Source of the DNA: an uncultured Acetobacteraceae bacterium
GTDB taxonomy: Bacteria; Pseudomonadota; Alphaproteobacteria; Acetobacterales; Acetobacteraceae
Length of the DNA: 59,358 nucleotides
Assembly: GCA_964249675.1 (NCBI GenBank)
Contig: CAXUCZ010000001.1
Coordinates: 1-59,358, forward strand
Reading direction: 5' to 3'
The notes under the pieces were generated by a model. It made no database searches and had not been told where the DNA came from. It worked only from the letters and a program-made list of their open reading frames with translations. How positions within the stretch are numbered: the stretch's first letter is position 1; every line of letters starts with the position of its first letter. Shown here one piece after another: positions 1-9,504 of this stretch. A program made the position numbers and the translations under genes.

Positions 1-55
1 GCGTCGGACTTGGTGGCGACTGCCTTGACCGCCACGCCCATGATGCTGATCAACC
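1..55. repeat. terminal overlap, identical to 59304..59358 (assembly closure or terminal redundancy)
   Basis: Bases 1-55 (gcgtcggacttggtggcgac...gatcaacc) repeat exactly at the window end. Confidence 0.95.
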
Positions 56-851
56 CGCCTGCGACCGGCTGGAAGTTGAAGATGTCGGCGTTCCCGACGG
101 TAGTGCTGGAATTGAAATCCGACGCCGGGTTCGGTGCCGCCATGCTGACGTTCTCATAGTTCGCGGCGTCGCCGTTCGGCGTGAAGGTCACCTCGGCGTT
201 GCTGATCGGGCGCAGGCATTGCACGCGCACGTCGCCCAGAAATGTGTTCTGCGGGCTCGTGCCGGTGCCGTCGCAGAAATAGTAGTGCGTGGACCAGCAG
301 AACTCGTTGTTGCCCGAGCTGGGACCGTATTGCTGCACGGTGCCGTTGCCCTGACCCTGCGTGTTGATGCCGCTCAAGGTGAGCACTTCGCTGCCATTCA
401 CCAGCACGGTGACGCTGCCGGTGGTCTGGCCGACCGTGGCACCCACTTCGAGGTAGAACCAGCCGGTCGCTGGAAACACGCCTGCAAGCGATGCCCCCAG
501 CTCGTTGCCGCCGCTATCCGTGACGTAAATCTGTCCCCGGTTGACGCTGCAATGCACGGTGAAACAGAGATCTGCGTTCGGCGCGAGGAACCCCATCTGC
601 GCGCCCGAACCGTAATAGGCCCCCGCGCTGGCCGCGCAGTTTATCCGCGCCCCTGCAAAGAACGTCTTGACCGCGACCGGCAGCACTTTCTTGCTAGCTG
701 CCTGGGGGTTGTTCGCAAAATACGGCTCGTTCAGGAACGGGCTGTTGGCATCGTTCATGATCGTGCCGCTAAGCGACAGCCACGCCCCGGAACTGGTGTA
801 GTCGCTGGGATTGGTGGAGAGCCCGAAGCTCTCGCAGTCGAGTAGTGCCAT
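1..851 (-). CDS. virion structural protein (tail/fibre module), 5' part of a junction-spanning gene; continues 59303..59120
   Basis: Hand translation: ATG 851..849 (MALLDCESFGLSTNPSDY...), ATGA-coupled to 851..1498. No stop down to base 1. Frame joins ORF 59120..59356 through the overlap (345 codons). Missing from the ORF track because it runs off the edge. Confidence 0.8.
   Translation of the reverse strand, partial: MALLDCESFGLSTNPSDYTSSGAWLSLSGTIMNDANSPFLNEPYFANNPQAASKKVLPVAVKTFFAGARINCAASAGAYYGSGAQMGFLAPNADLCFTVHCSVNRGQIYVTDSGGNELGASLAGVFPATGWFYLEVGATVGQTTGSVTVLVNGSEVLTLSGINTQGQGNGTVQQYGPSSGNNEFCWSTHYYFCDGTGTSPQNTFLGDVRVQCLRPISNAEVTFTPNGDAANYENVSMAAPNPASDFNSSTTVGNADIFNFQPVAGGLISIMGVAVKAVATKSD
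93..105 (-). repeat. class II element CACTACCGTCGGG (exact)
   Basis: The + strand reads cccgacggtagtg. Sense to the gene, encodes T-T-V-G (ACT ACC GTC GGG). Confidence 0.9.
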
Positions 852-1498
852 CAGCGGGTTCCTACCAGGGTGACGTAGATCTCGGCGAGCGCCGCGTCGC
901 CCGAGCTGACCCAGCGCATCAGGTCGCCGAGCTGGAACGACAGCGGCTGGTTGCCGGCGGTGGTAAAGCTGCCGACCGCACCGGCAAAGGACATTGTGCC
1001 GGCGGGCTGCCAGTTGGCATCCTGGGTCGGGTCCGACCCGGAAGCGCAGCGCTGGATCGAGAAGCTGGGCGTGCCGCTGGCCGCAACGAAGGCACCGGCC
1101 TCGCTGACCAGCCCCGAGCTGATCGCACCGAACCCCGCCGGGAACCCCACTACCGTCGGGAACCGATGGCCGAACACCACGCCCTGGGGCGCTGCCGGCA
1201 GGAAGGCGGTCAGCACGTAGGGGTTGACCACGGCAGCCGTCGTGCCGGACTGGGAGGACCCCGAGCCGCTGGCAGTCTGACCGAACGTGGTCGCAGTCGG
1301 ACTGGTCACACCGGCGACCAGCTTGAGGTTGACCAGGTCGTCGAACGTCACCGCGCGCTGCGTCGTGCTGCCGCGGTTGCCGGCCAGGCTGTCCAGCCCC
1401 TGCTTGAGGCGCGACACCACCGAGACCAGCGACTGCAGGTTCGCGACCGGCTGCTCGGTCTGCGGGACGTTGGCGTTGCGCGACGGGATGCTAGACAC
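851..1498 (-). CDS. virion structural protein (tail-associated), function unknown
   Basis: 215-aa ORF, GTG start, overlaps upstream and downstream genes in an operon-like chain. Natural-looking composition. Confidence 0.75.
   Translation of the reverse strand: MSSIPSRNANVPQTEQPVANLQSLVSVVSRLKQGLDSLAGNRGSTTQRAVTFDDLVNLKLVAGVTSPTATTFGQTASGSGSSQSGTTAAVVNPYVLTAFLPAAPQGVVFGHRFPTVVGFPAGFGAISSGLVSEAGAFVAASGTPSFSIQRCASGSDPTQDANWQPAGTMSFAGAVGSFTTAGNQPLSFQLGDLMRWVSSGDAALAEIYVTLVGTR
1148..1160 (+). repeat. class II element CACTACCGTCGGG (exact)
   Basis: Antisense to gene 851..1498, where it encodes P-T-V-V. Shares the 16-mer CACTACCGTCGGGAAC with copy 93..105 in inverted orientation. Confidence 0.9.
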
Positions 1499-3269
1499 GC
1501 CCCAGCTCCGACATCGTGGTGGCCAGCTCGATCGAGCGCACGCCGACGCGCGAGACGATCTCGATCTGCCAGTCGAATGCCTTGAAGCCGGACGGGAGCC
1601 TAAAGATCACACGCGGCTCGGTGAGCTGCTGCGTCATCACCAGATGCTCGCCGTCGGGGCCGGCATAGATGTTGCAGATCGCGTTGACGCCTGCGGGCAG
1701 CACCAGCGTTGGATCGCCGTTGCCTAGCGGCACCGGGTTGGATATCGGCGCGGGATCGGTCACCGCCGGATCCAGCGATATCTGGCACGCTCCCAAGCTG
1801 ATCGGCTTGGGGTTGTAGAATTGCCGCGAGCGCCAGCGATAGTTCAGCGGCCCGGTGTTCGGGCTGTCCCAGCGATACACCTTCTTGGCAGAGATGATGT
1901 AGGCGTCGCCGGTATAGGGATCGTTCCAGACGCAGTCGGCAGCATCGAAAGTGTTGAGCTGCACGATGCCCAGGCGCGGCTCGGAATAGTCGATCAGGAA
2001 GCCGACGCCGCTGTTGCCGGCTGCCGGCGTGATGGCGAGATACTGCGAGCGGTGCCGGCAGGCCAGGATGCTGGCGGCGTTGAACTCGTTCAGCCAGACA
2101 TTCTTGACCACCTGCTGCTGTGTCTGCACGGTCATGCCGAAGTAGTTCAGCATCACCAGGCCGTTCTGGGAGGCGTAGTAGCAGCCGAGCAGGTCGGTGA
2201 TGATCGAGCCGCGTGCGATGCAGGGTTCGGGCACGTTGATCTGGGTGAACACGAAGCTGGCCGGCGAGGTGCCGGTGCCGGTGCTCGGATAGCCCTCGGT
2301 CAGCACCACCAGCGACTGCTGCCACAAGCCGAGCCCGACGATCTTGTATTGCACGCTCTGGTCGTAGGCAGCCGGCCAGGTATGGGGCCGGTCGACCTCG
2401 GAGAAGTGCACCGTGTTGTCGGTGAAGCCGACCAGCATGCCGCCCGGCAGGGTAAGCAGCCCGTCGAGTGTCGGCAGCGGGTTGGACCAGCTCTGCGACA
2501 TCAGCGTCAGGTTCTCGGTCAGGACATCGTCCTGGGTCGTGTCGTCATAGTCCGCGGGTGGCGGGTTGCTCGCGAACAGGAAGTTCTCGACCTGGTAGAA
2601 CGAGGCACCCGTCGTCGTGCCGGTGATGGTCCGATACAGGTTGACCCCGACCACGGGCGGGTAGTTCAGGCCGGGCGGGTTGGCCGGGGCGCTCTGCGGC
2701 AGGCCCTGGATTTCCCAGTTGCCGTCGCTCGCACCGGTGACGTCGGCACTCGGGAAGTTCGGTGCGCTCTCCTCGCCGTAGGCGTTCACATAGGTCCAGA
2801 GATAGGAGCGCACCACCTCGGGCACGCTCTCGTTCACCGTGCCGCCCGAGGCCGTCACCGTCAGCGAGCTGGTCGCGGGGTCCGGCTGGATGATGCCCAG
2901 GTTATAGGGCGCGGTGCCGGCCTGGATCATGTCGTAGGTGGACCAGAATGCACCCTCACCGGGGTTGGTCCAGTAGAGCCTATGGGTGGTGTCGTTGGCC
3001 AAGGGCGAGCGCATGACGCTCGAGTAGGGCGACGGCAACGGCAGCCATACATCCGGGTCGCCAGCATTCGGGCCAGGGAAGCGGTAGGCTCGCAGCACCG
3101 TGCCGGGACTGGCCGACAGGTCGATCAGCAGCTCGGGGATCGGCAGCCCTTCCAGCGTGCCCGAGGTCAGATCGGTGTTCCATGCGGCCTCGGCCATGTT
3201 GGGTGGCAGCACGCGCGGGCTCGATCGGGGGATCTCGCCACCGAAGTCGTTGATCGCCCACTGCACCAT
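1491..3269 (-). CDS. large virion structural protein (tail tube/nozzle candidate)
   Basis: 592-aa ORF in the structural operon with 1-nt overlap to the upstream gene. No motif I can name. Confidence 0.8.
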   Translation of the reverse strand: MVQWAINDFGGEIPRSSPRVLPPNMAEAAWNTDLTSGTLEGLPIPELLIDLSASPGTVLRAYRFPGPNAGDPDVWLPLPSPYSSVMRSPLANDTTHRLYWTNPGEGAFWSTYDMIQAGTAPYNLGIIQPDPATSSLTVTASGGTVNESVPEVVRSYLWTYVNAYGEESAPNFPSADVTGASDGNWEIQGLPQSAPANPPGLNYPPVVGVNLYRTITGTTTGASFYQVENFLFASNPPPADYDDTTQDDVLTENLTLMSQSWSNPLPTLDGLLTLPGGMLVGFTDNTVHFSEVDRPHTWPAAYDQSVQYKIVGLGLWQQSLVVLTEGYPSTGTGTSPASFVFTQINVPEPCIARGSIITDLLGCYYASQNGLVMLNYFGMTVQTQQQVVKNVWLNEFNAASILACRHRSQYLAITPAAGNSGVGFLIDYSEPRLGIVQLNTFDAADCVWNDPYTGDAYIISAKKVYRWDSPNTGPLNYRWRSRQFYNPKPISLGACQISLDPAVTDPAPISNPVPLGNGDPTLVLPAGVNAICNIYAGPDGEHLVMTQQLTEPRVIFRLPSGFKAFDWQIEIVSRVGVRSIELATTMSELGRV

Positions 3270-3454
3270 TACGGCTCACCTCGCTGAGCAGAGCCCCAGG
3301 TCACGGTCGTCAAGCCGATACCGCCACCCCAGACCGGCTCCTTGGTCACTACCGTAGTGGATGTCGATGACGGATACAGCATCGGAATGGCCGGCTGCAC
3401 CTGCGGCAGCAAAGCGTTCAGCAGCGTGCCAACCGGAGCGAGCAAGCCGCTCAT
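3269..3454 (-). CDS. small hypothetical protein
   Basis: 61-aa ORF, ATGA-coupled to 3451..4305 and TAATG-coupled to 1491..3269. Confidence 0.55.
   Translation of the reverse strand: MSGLLAPVGTLLNALLPQVQPAIPMLYPSSTSTTVVTKEPVWGGGIGLTTVTWGSAQRGEP
3347..3359. promoter_or_regulatory. fully palindromic copy CACTACCGTAGTG inside the small ORF
   Basis: ggtCACTACCGTAGTGgat. Encodes T-T-V-V on the - strand. Confidence 0.7.
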
Positions 3455-4305
3455 GGCACGCCCTGGCTACCGTGGATGGTGTAGCCGTTCCAGTGCATCA
3501 CCCGGATCGCAACGACCGGCTTCCAGATTGCCTCCATGTAGATGTTCGACACGGCGGCGGCGTTGCCGGGAGCGCTGCCGACGACCTCGACCAAGCTGGC
3601 TACGACCTCGGCTCCGAGGCCGCTGTTCTGGCCGATCGCCTCCACGATGACCTGGGACGCCAGCCCCTCGGTGTTGGCGTTGCTCGGCGCGGTGCCCGAC
3701 GAGGCGCCGGTCGATGCTGGCCATCCAGCGGTGTAGCCGGTGGGCACCGCGCCCTGGAACGCGCTCGCGCCGAAATTGGCCGTGACCGGATCGCCGCTGC
3801 CGTTGAACAGCACGCACGGATAAAGCAGCGTGCCGCCGCTCAAGATCGGCGAGACATCAACCCCGCCCGTGCCCGCGACCGGATCGCCGCTGCTGCCCTG
3901 GCCGTTCCAATTTGGTGTCGTCGGGTTCGAGTTGAACCAGATCAGTTGCTTGGTTAAATCGACCGCAACGGCGAGGAACGGCCCGAGCCCGGCGCTCTTG
4001 CCTTGACCGCCGTTCTCGTAGATGCCGTAGCCGTAATACTGGATGACGGCGCTGTAGGCTTCGCTCTCGACGCCATCCCAACCGGCGGCAAGCTGCGCCA
4101 TGCCCTGGCCGCTGGCACTCGCCTGGTTCTGCCCATCCGACGTGAACTCGAAGTAGAACTGCCCAGCCCCTTGGCCGAGACCATTATTGGTGCGAACGCC
4201 CTTGTTGTTGTTGCTGTTGGTGACGCTGACGATCAGGCCGGTCGCGTCGAGGGCGAGGCCGGTGGAGCAGTCAGCCGGGTTGAAGGTGTCGGGCGTGAAG
4301 GCCAC
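3451..4305 (-). CDS. virion-associated protein (possible lectin/SPRY-like fold)
   Basis: 284-aa ORF, GTG start. The G/N/S-rich beta-type composition (GAGQFYFEFTSDG) only suggests a fold. Confidence 0.7.
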   Translation of the reverse strand: MAFTPDTFNPADCSTGLALDATGLIVSVTNSNNNKGVRTNNGLGQGAGQFYFEFTSDGQNQASASGQGMAQLAAGWDGVESEAYSAVIQYYGYGIYENGGQGKSAGLGPFLAVAVDLTKQLIWFNSNPTTPNWNGQGSSGDPVAGTGGVDVSPILSGGTLLYPCVLFNGSGDPVTANFGASAFQGAVPTGYTAGWPASTGASSGTAPSNANTEGLASQVIVEAIGQNSGLGAEVVASLVEVVGSAPGNAAAVSNIYMEAIWKPVVAIRVMHWNGYTIHGSQGVP

Positions 4306-4309
4306 GGGC

Positions 4310-5437
4310 CTAGCTCGCAGGCATCAGGCCGATGGCGAGCCACTGGAAGCCGATCGGGCCGTAGGGCTCGCCGCTCAAGCCGCCATAGGTCTTGGCGGTG
4401 AACCCGTCCGCGGTGACGTTGGTGGGGATCACGTAGCCGCCATCTGCACCGGCTGCGGACCCGGTGCTGCCACCTGGCGTGGCCATGACGGTGGGCGTGA
4501 TCGCGCCGTCGAACGGGATCGGGAAGGTGACGCTGACCACGCCCGAGCCCTGGGTGACACCCGAGCCCCACTGGAATTGCATCCCGGTGGGAAAGTTCTG
4601 GTTGTTGCGCCCGCCCGAGACATCGCCCTGGTCCACCACCAGGTTGCCGTTCAGGTGCAGCGTCTTGGTGGCGGTGTCGTTGTTGACGATGATGTTGGAG
4701 AAAGTGCCGTTGCCATCGACGATTTCGTTGCCGCCGATATGCACGTTGCCCGAGACGGACTGGTCACCGGTGATGACCGAGGCCAGGCTGGCGGTGAGCT
4801 GACCGTTCGAGGGTGTCCAGGCACCCGAGACGAAGGTGAATAGCTGGTCCTGGACCGTGTCGTAGTAGAGCGTGCCCGCCAGCACCGGCGTGATGTTGTC
4901 GCTCATGAACTGCGGTGCGACCGCGAACGCGCCGAGATACACCCCACCCGTGGTGGACGCTGCGGTGACGATGGCCACCCAGGCAAGCCCAGACCACTGG
5001 AACAGCTTGTTCTGTGCGGTGTCGAAATAGAGGTTGCCGTAGATCAGGTTGCCGCCCGACGGTAGTGAGGCTGGCGGAGTGGCGAACGCGCCCAGATAAA
5101 GCGGCGCGGTGGTTGGCACACCGGCGGCGATCTCGGTCAGGCTGCCTGCGGTCAGGCGATGGCTCAGCACCGTGCCGGTCGGCCAGGCCAGCGCCCGCGT
5201 GCCCTCCTGCGCGCGCAGCACCGTCATCTGGTTGCCTACGCGCGAGGTGACCCGCACGATCTCGCGCTGCGGCGGCGACGCTGCCATGTTCTCCAGGGTC
5301 AGCATGAAGCTGTCGCTGGCCAGCACCGGCTGCGGAAACAGCTCGGCATCGAGAGCCGCGCAGAAGATCGTCACCGCCTGCGTGGTGATGGCGCCCAGCA
5401 GCGCCGAGCGGGCGTTGTCGGTGAATAGCAGGCTCAT
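4310..5437 (-). CDS. tail fibre protein
   Basis: 375 aa. Two copies of a fibre-type repeat (LYFDTAQNKLFQWSGLAW / LYYDTVQDQLFTFVSGAW). ATGA coupling. Confidence 0.7.
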   Translation of the reverse strand: MSLLFTDNARSALLGAITTQAVTIFCAALDAELFPQPVLASDSFMLTLENMAASPPQREIVRVTSRVGNQMTVLRAQEGTRALAWPTGTVLSHRLTAGSLTEIAAGVPTTAPLYLGAFATPPASLPSGGNLIYGNLYFDTAQNKLFQWSGLAWVAIVTAASTTGGVYLGAFAVAPQFMSDNITPVLAGTLYYDTVQDQLFTFVSGAWTPSNGQLTASLASVITGDQSVSGNVHIGGNEIVDGNGTFSNIIVNNDTATKTLHLNGNLVVDQGDVSGGRNNQNFPTGMQFQWGSGVTQGSGVVSVTFPIPFDGAITPTVMATPGGSTGSAAGADGGYVIPTNVTADGFTAKTYGGLSGEPYGPIGFQWLAIGLMPAS

Positions 5438-5802
5438 TCCGGCAGCCTCACGAACACCAGGATGTCGACCTGCTTGGTCCGGCCCGACGAGGACCCGGTC
5501 ACCAGCAGGGTGACCTTGTAGGTCAGGCCGGGCGTGCCGACGGCCACGAACAACTGCACGAGCTGGCCCTGCTGGACGATGAACGGACCCGCCGACACCA
5601 CCAGCGGGGTGACGTCCGGGGGCAGCGGCGCGGGCGAGACCACGGCGTTGCCGATCACCCAGCCGGCGGACGGCTCGAGGACCACCAGCGGTACCGACAC
5701 GGTGGCAATCGTCTCGGCGGTGTCGAGCCAGCCGTCGGTGAAGAAGTCCAGGGTGACGCGCCGGACCTCTGCGCTGTCCTTGGTGAGCCGGCCCGCGATC
5801 AT
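5434..5802 (-). CDS. hypothetical structural-module protein
   Basis: Internal ATG 5802 (MIAGRLTKDS...), ATGA-coupled to the upstream gene. The listed 270-aa N-extension is R/P/S-rich junk. Confidence 0.65.
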   Translation of the reverse strand: MIAGRLTKDSAEVRRVTLDFFTDGWLDTAETIATVSVPLVVLEPSAGWVIGNAVVSPAPLPPDVTPLVVSAGPFIVQQGQLVQLFVAVGTPGLTYKVTLLVTGSSSGRTKQVDILVFVRLPE

Positions 5803-6053
5803 GTCATGTAGCCCTTGCCAGGCGGGACGCAGAACGGCGCAGGATCCGGTGCGACCACCCAGTCCGACTGGTCTGCCCCAATGATGAACAGGTCGGTCAG
5901 GCCGAGCACGCCGATGATCAGCAGCACCGCGTTGATGCCGCTCGCGGCACCGTTCACGACCGCCGGCGCCAGCGTGAAGATGCCGGGGATCGACCCGTCG
6001 ATCTCGGTGACGCCGACCTCGTAGGCATTCAGCTCGCCGAGCGTGCTGCTCAC
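5799..6053 (-). CDS. small membrane-like protein
   Basis: GTG 6053 overlaps the upstream stop (GTGA). Hydrophobic stretch GINAVLLIIGVLGLTDLFIIG. Confidence 0.5.
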   Translation of the reverse strand: MSSTLGELNAYEVGVTEIDGSIPGIFTLAPAVVNGAASGINAVLLIIGVLGLTDLFIIGADQSDWVVAPDPAPFCVPPGKGYMT

Positions 6054-6454
6054 GGCGAGAACACGCCGTTGGCGTCGAAGATGAGCTGCGCGGCGACGCC
6101 GTTGGCGATCTGGCCGAAGCCTGCCCCCTGGTCCAGGTAGCAGACCAGCGACGGCACCGTGGCCGGTGCGACCGGGTCGGCCAGGATGGCGATCCCCGTG
6201 ATCGGCGCGGTGGTGTCGAGCGCCGTCCAGGTGACGTTGGCGGCAAAGCAGGCCCCGCCTTCGATCGTCTCGCCGGACAGGCGGGTCGGTGTCGACAGGA
6301 GCTGGGCCATCGCCGGGATGTCGGTCAGCAGCTTGTCGCTGGCATAGTTCGGCGTGTAGCCAGGCCCGACCAGCATCAGGCTGTGCGAGCTGGGGTGCCA
6401 AGTGAAGCTGCCGGCCAGCAGGGCAACCCGGACCTGGGCGTAGAGCCCGCTCAT
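6050..6454 (-). CDS. hypothetical structural-module protein
   Basis: ATG 6454 (MSGLYAQVRVALL...), ATGA-coupled. The listed longer ORF start is spurious. Confidence 0.65.
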   Translation of the reverse strand: MSGLYAQVRVALLAGSFTWHPSSHSLMLVGPGYTPNYASDKLLTDIPAMAQLLSTPTRLSGETIEGGACFAANVTWTALDTTAPITGIAILADPVAPATVPSLVCYLDQGAGFGQIANGVAAQLIFDANGVFSP

Positions 6455-7077
6455 CGCCAGTAAGCCTCGCGCCCGCGGCTGAAGTAGGGGAAGCGCCAGC
6501 GGCCCGGCCCGTCGGTATAGTCGCGCTGGGCAATGTCGCGGGCACGCGAGATGCCGGCCATCCACTTCTTGCCGTGGTAGGCGGCTGCCTGCGGGTTGGT
6601 ATAGGGCTTGGCCGGTGTCGCGTAGAGCCGGAACAGGGTGCCCGACAGGATCGTCTCGAACCAGTTCGAGAACAGCTCCTCGGGCAGGTTGGTGTTGAAC
6701 GACGCCGGCTTGAGCGCCAGCAGCACCCGGCCCACGCGCGCCTGCTCGGGGTTGCACTCGTCCACCAGCACGGCGGGCGGGATGATGCGATGCCGATGGA
6801 TGCCGCGCACCGCCAGCACCCAGGCGACCACCCAGGTCTCGTCGTAGGGGTTGAAGTCGATCCGGTCGGAGCCGATCGGCATGCCGAACTCGACCCAGGC
6901 GCGTCGCGCGGTGGAGCGAATGTAGAACTCCTCGATGGTGTTCCACGCGTCCATCTTGAGCACGGCGAGCGTCACGCCGGGCACGGTGGCCTGGACGTTG
7001 TCGTAGAGCCGGTTCGCGGTCGGATTGGAGCCCAGGAAGCTCGACAGATTCGAGCTGGGGGTGACCGTCTCGCTCAT
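6451..7077 (-). CDS. head-tail joining / adaptor candidate
   Basis: 208-aa ORF two genes downstream of the capsid gene, ATGA-coupled. Confidence 0.6.
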   Translation of the reverse strand: MSETVTPSSNLSSFLGSNPTANRLYDNVQATVPGVTLAVLKMDAWNTIEEFYIRSTARRAWVEFGMPIGSDRIDFNPYDETWVVAWVLAVRGIHRHRIIPPAVLVDECNPEQARVGRVLLALKPASFNTNLPEELFSNWFETILSGTLFRLYATPAKPYTNPQAAAYHGKKWMAGISRARDIAQRDYTDGPGRWRFPYFSRGREAYWR

Positions 7078-7439
7078 GTCAGCGCCATCAGCTCGGATTG
7101 GAACTTGGTCATCAGCACCGCGGCGCGCGAGTTGTCGGCGAAGGTGTCCTCACGCATCTCCGAGCGACCCACGATGTAGTAGACGAAGGCGTTGTAGACC
7201 GAGGTGTCGAGCGGGAAGGCGACGGCCTGGTCGGTCTCGGCGTTGTAGTAGGGCACCGGCACGCGCAGCCCGAGCGGCAGGAACAGGTCGGGACGCTTGG
7301 CGCGCGTCTCGATCATCGCCGCGTTGATGCACTGCATCAGCTCGTCGTCGGAGTAGCGCAGGACGCCACCCGAGGTCGGCGACACGTCCTGGAGCAGGAC
7401 GCGCGCCTCCGCGATCAGGGTGCCCAGGGTCTGTGCCAT
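7074..7439 (-). CDS. head-tail connector / head completion candidate
   Basis: 121 aa, immediately after the capsid gene. Class I element lies 4 nt upstream of its ATG. Confidence 0.65.
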   Translation of the reverse strand: MAQTLGTLIAEARVLLQDVSPTSGGVLRYSDDELMQCINAAMIETRAKRPDLFLPLGLRVPVPYYNAETDQAVAFPLDTSVYNAFVYYIVGRSEMREDTFADNSRAAVLMTKFQSELMALT

Positions 7440-7443
7440 GAAC

Positions 7444-7459
7444 CCCTACCGTAGTGATT
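7444..7459 (-). promoter_or_regulatory. class I element AATCACTACGGTAGGG
   Basis: In the 25-nt gap between the capsid stop and ATG 7439, co-oriented with the genes. Confidence 0.8.
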
Positions 7460-7464
7460 ACGAC

Positions 7465-8412
7465 CTAGCCGCGAACGGCGTAGAGTTCCGTCAGCGCGAT
7501 GCCGTCGAGCACCTTGCTGCCGTAGACCTGCAGGCCGCGCAGCAGGGTGCCGAACGTCTGCTCGGAGCGGATCGTCTCGATCTTGCTGATCTGGCTCGCG
7601 AACGTCAGGCCGTGGCTGTGCCCGCCGAAGATGCGGAAGGCGTTCTGCGCACCCTCGACCGCAGTCGGCAAGAGGTTGCTGGAATACAGCGTGAAGCGGT
7701 CGATCATGCCCAGGCGCCCGTTGCGCAGCAGGCTCACGCCGTCGCCCGAGATGGAAGCGTTGGACAGATCGGACTTCTTGATCATGCCGGCCATCCACGG
7801 CGGCAGCACCAGCCAGCGCCCCGTCTCGGGGATGTTCTGCTCGTCGAGCGTGGTGCCCATGTCGACGATGCTGTCCAGCACGTTGGTCGGCGTCAGCGCG
7901 ACCGGTGCGCCGGTGGCGCCGAGGTTCATATCCTGGCTGATCCTGCCGGCGTTCAGGCCCTTGTTGGCCGCGACCACGCCCGCATCGAGCGTGCCGAGGA
8001 CCGCCGTGTCGATCACGATCTTCATCTGCTCGGACGCGTCGTCGGCCCACATGCTCAGCATGTTGATGTCCGACTGCACCTCGATCACGTCGTCCAGGAC
8101 TTCGTTGAAATACTGGGCCTGGTCGATCGTCAGGTCGATCATGTTGCTCGACGGGCGCTCGACGACGAGCGGCATGTCGATCTGATACTGGCGGATGGTG
8201 ATGGTCGGCTTGGTGCGGATGTGCACCGTGTCGCCCATGTTGCGGATCTCGCCGGCGTAATCGGTGTTCGCAATCGCGCCCAGGACGGTCGCGTTATAGA
8301 ACTTCTCGATCAGCTTGCCCGACCAGATCTCGGGGATGAAGATACCGGAGTAGGCGGGGTTGGCGGAAGTGCCAGCGCCACCATAGGGAGTCGTTGCGAC
8401 AGGAACGGGCAT
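7465..8412 (-). CDS. major capsid protein
   Basis: 315 aa directly after the scaffold-like gene. N-terminus (..SGIFIPEIWSGKLIEKFYNATVLG..) typical of podophage HK97-fold coats. Confidence 0.8.
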   Translation of the reverse strand: MPVPVATTPYGGAGTSANPAYSGIFIPEIWSGKLIEKFYNATVLGAIANTDYAGEIRNMGDTVHIRTKPTITIRQYQIDMPLVVERPSSNMIDLTIDQAQYFNEVLDDVIEVQSDINMLSMWADDASEQMKIVIDTAVLGTLDAGVVAANKGLNAGRISQDMNLGATGAPVALTPTNVLDSIVDMGTTLDEQNIPETGRWLVLPPWMAGMIKKSDLSNASISGDGVSLLRNGRLGMIDRFTLYSSNLLPTAVEGAQNAFRIFGGHSHGLTFASQISKIETIRSEQTFGTLLRGLQVYGSKVLDGIALTELYAVRG

Positions 8413-8436
8413 GTCCAGGGTTGTCCTTGAGAGCGT

Positions 8437-9504
8437 TTACCGAACGCGTCCCTCGGTTGTCGCCGCGATGATATCCCGCTCGAGGCGCAGCTTTTCAGCC
8501 TCGCGCCCGGCATAGGCACCACGGTTCACATCCCGATAGAACGCAGTGATCTCTGGTGGCGACCAGAGCCTCGCTTCTCTCGGAGCGCCGTTGCTGCCCT
8601 GGCCGGTGGCCCTGCCGGGAGCTGCCATGCTTTCCAGTGTGGGCCTGCCCGCCCCGGCATCCGGGGTATGAGCAGGCTGGCGCTGGGGCTGGCCGGTGAC
8701 GGTATGCTCGGCGATGAAGGCGTTGAAGAATGCAGCCGTCCGGGCTGCATCGCCATTCCTGTAGGCGACCCCGAGCATGTCGTGACGGACCTGCCCGGAG
8801 AAGGGATCGACCTGACGAAGCCAATCCAGGAACTCAGGCTCGTTATTGACAGTGCGCCAATTCGGAACCTGCTGATCCAATACTCGCTCAACGTTCTGTT
8901 GTGCAACAGAACTTTGTGCCCGCTGCGCATTTTGTTGCACACTGGCAACCTGCGTGCGCAGCTCCTCAAGCTCGCCGGATACCTCGGCGCGCGCCCAGCG
9001 TCGGGCCGCGTCGATCAGTTCGGAACCGAACGCCTCGGTATCCTCTTTCGGAACCTCGACCTGCTTGCGCGCGGCGGGTGCCGGCGTCGGCTCGGGCTTC
9101 GGCTGCGACTGAAGGTTTGCCAAGATGGTGTTGAGCGACTGCACCTGCGACGACAGCTCGCGAACCTGCCGGTTCAGCGCCGGCACCTCGGCGTTGTATT
9201 TGCCCTGCAGCGTGTCGTGACGCTGCTTCCAGATCGCGTCGTCCACCACCGGCTCGGACTTCGGCTCGACCACCTGGGTCGGCTGGCCGGGCTCGAGCTG
9301 CACTTCGGTGCCACCCTCGGGCGGCTTCCCGACGGTAGTGGCATCGGCTTGTGCGCGCAGGTCGCGCTGGAGCTGTTCCGACCGCTCGGCCTGCCGGCGC
9401 ACGCTGTCCGGCACGAAGTTGTTGAAGTCGGCGACCGGCGCCTCGGGAGGTGCGGGCGCAGATGCGGGTGCAGGCGCCTCGGCGACGGGCGCTGTGCCGC
9501 TCAC
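8437..9504 (-). CDS. scaffolding protein
   Basis: 355 aa, A/E/Q/R-rich coiled-coil-like, between portal and capsid genes. GTGA coupling. Confidence 0.65.
   Translation of the reverse strand: MSGTAPVAEAPAPASAPAPPEAPVADFNNFVPDSVRRQAERSEQLQRDLRAQADATTVGKPPEGGTEVQLEPGQPTQVVEPKSEPVVDDAIWKQRHDTLQGKYNAEVPALNRQVRELSSQVQSLNTILANLQSQPKPEPTPAPAARKQVEVPKEDTEAFGSELIDAARRWARAEVSGELEELRTQVASVQQNAQRAQSSVAQQNVERVLDQQVPNWRTVNNEPEFLDWLRQVDPFSGQVRHDMLGVAYRNGDAARTAAFFNAFIAEHTVTGQPQRQPAHTPDAGAGRPTLESMAAPGRATGQGSNGAPREARLWSPPEITAFYRDVNRGAYAGREAEKLRLERDIIAATTEGRVR
9328..9340 (-). repeat. class II element CACTACCGTCGGG (exact)
   Basis: Sense to the scaffold gene, encodes T-T-V-G. Confidence 0.9.

Noticed and set aside
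219-845. Listed + strand ORFs 219..845 and 845..1585 at the left end
   Set aside because: Their composition is shadow-like. The opposite strand carries a verified continuous frame (junction-spanning gene 851..1) and gene 851..1498.
5434-6946. Long listed versions of ORFs 5434..6246, 5799..6545 and 6050..6946 (also 43900..44781, 58702..59205, 18512..18928, 20445..21107, 12454..13218)
   Set aside because: The N-terminal extensions start at alternative codons, are R/P/S-rich, and overlap the real upstream genes. Internal ATG or GTG starts with ATGA/GTGA coupling or an SD give compact, non-overlapping genes.
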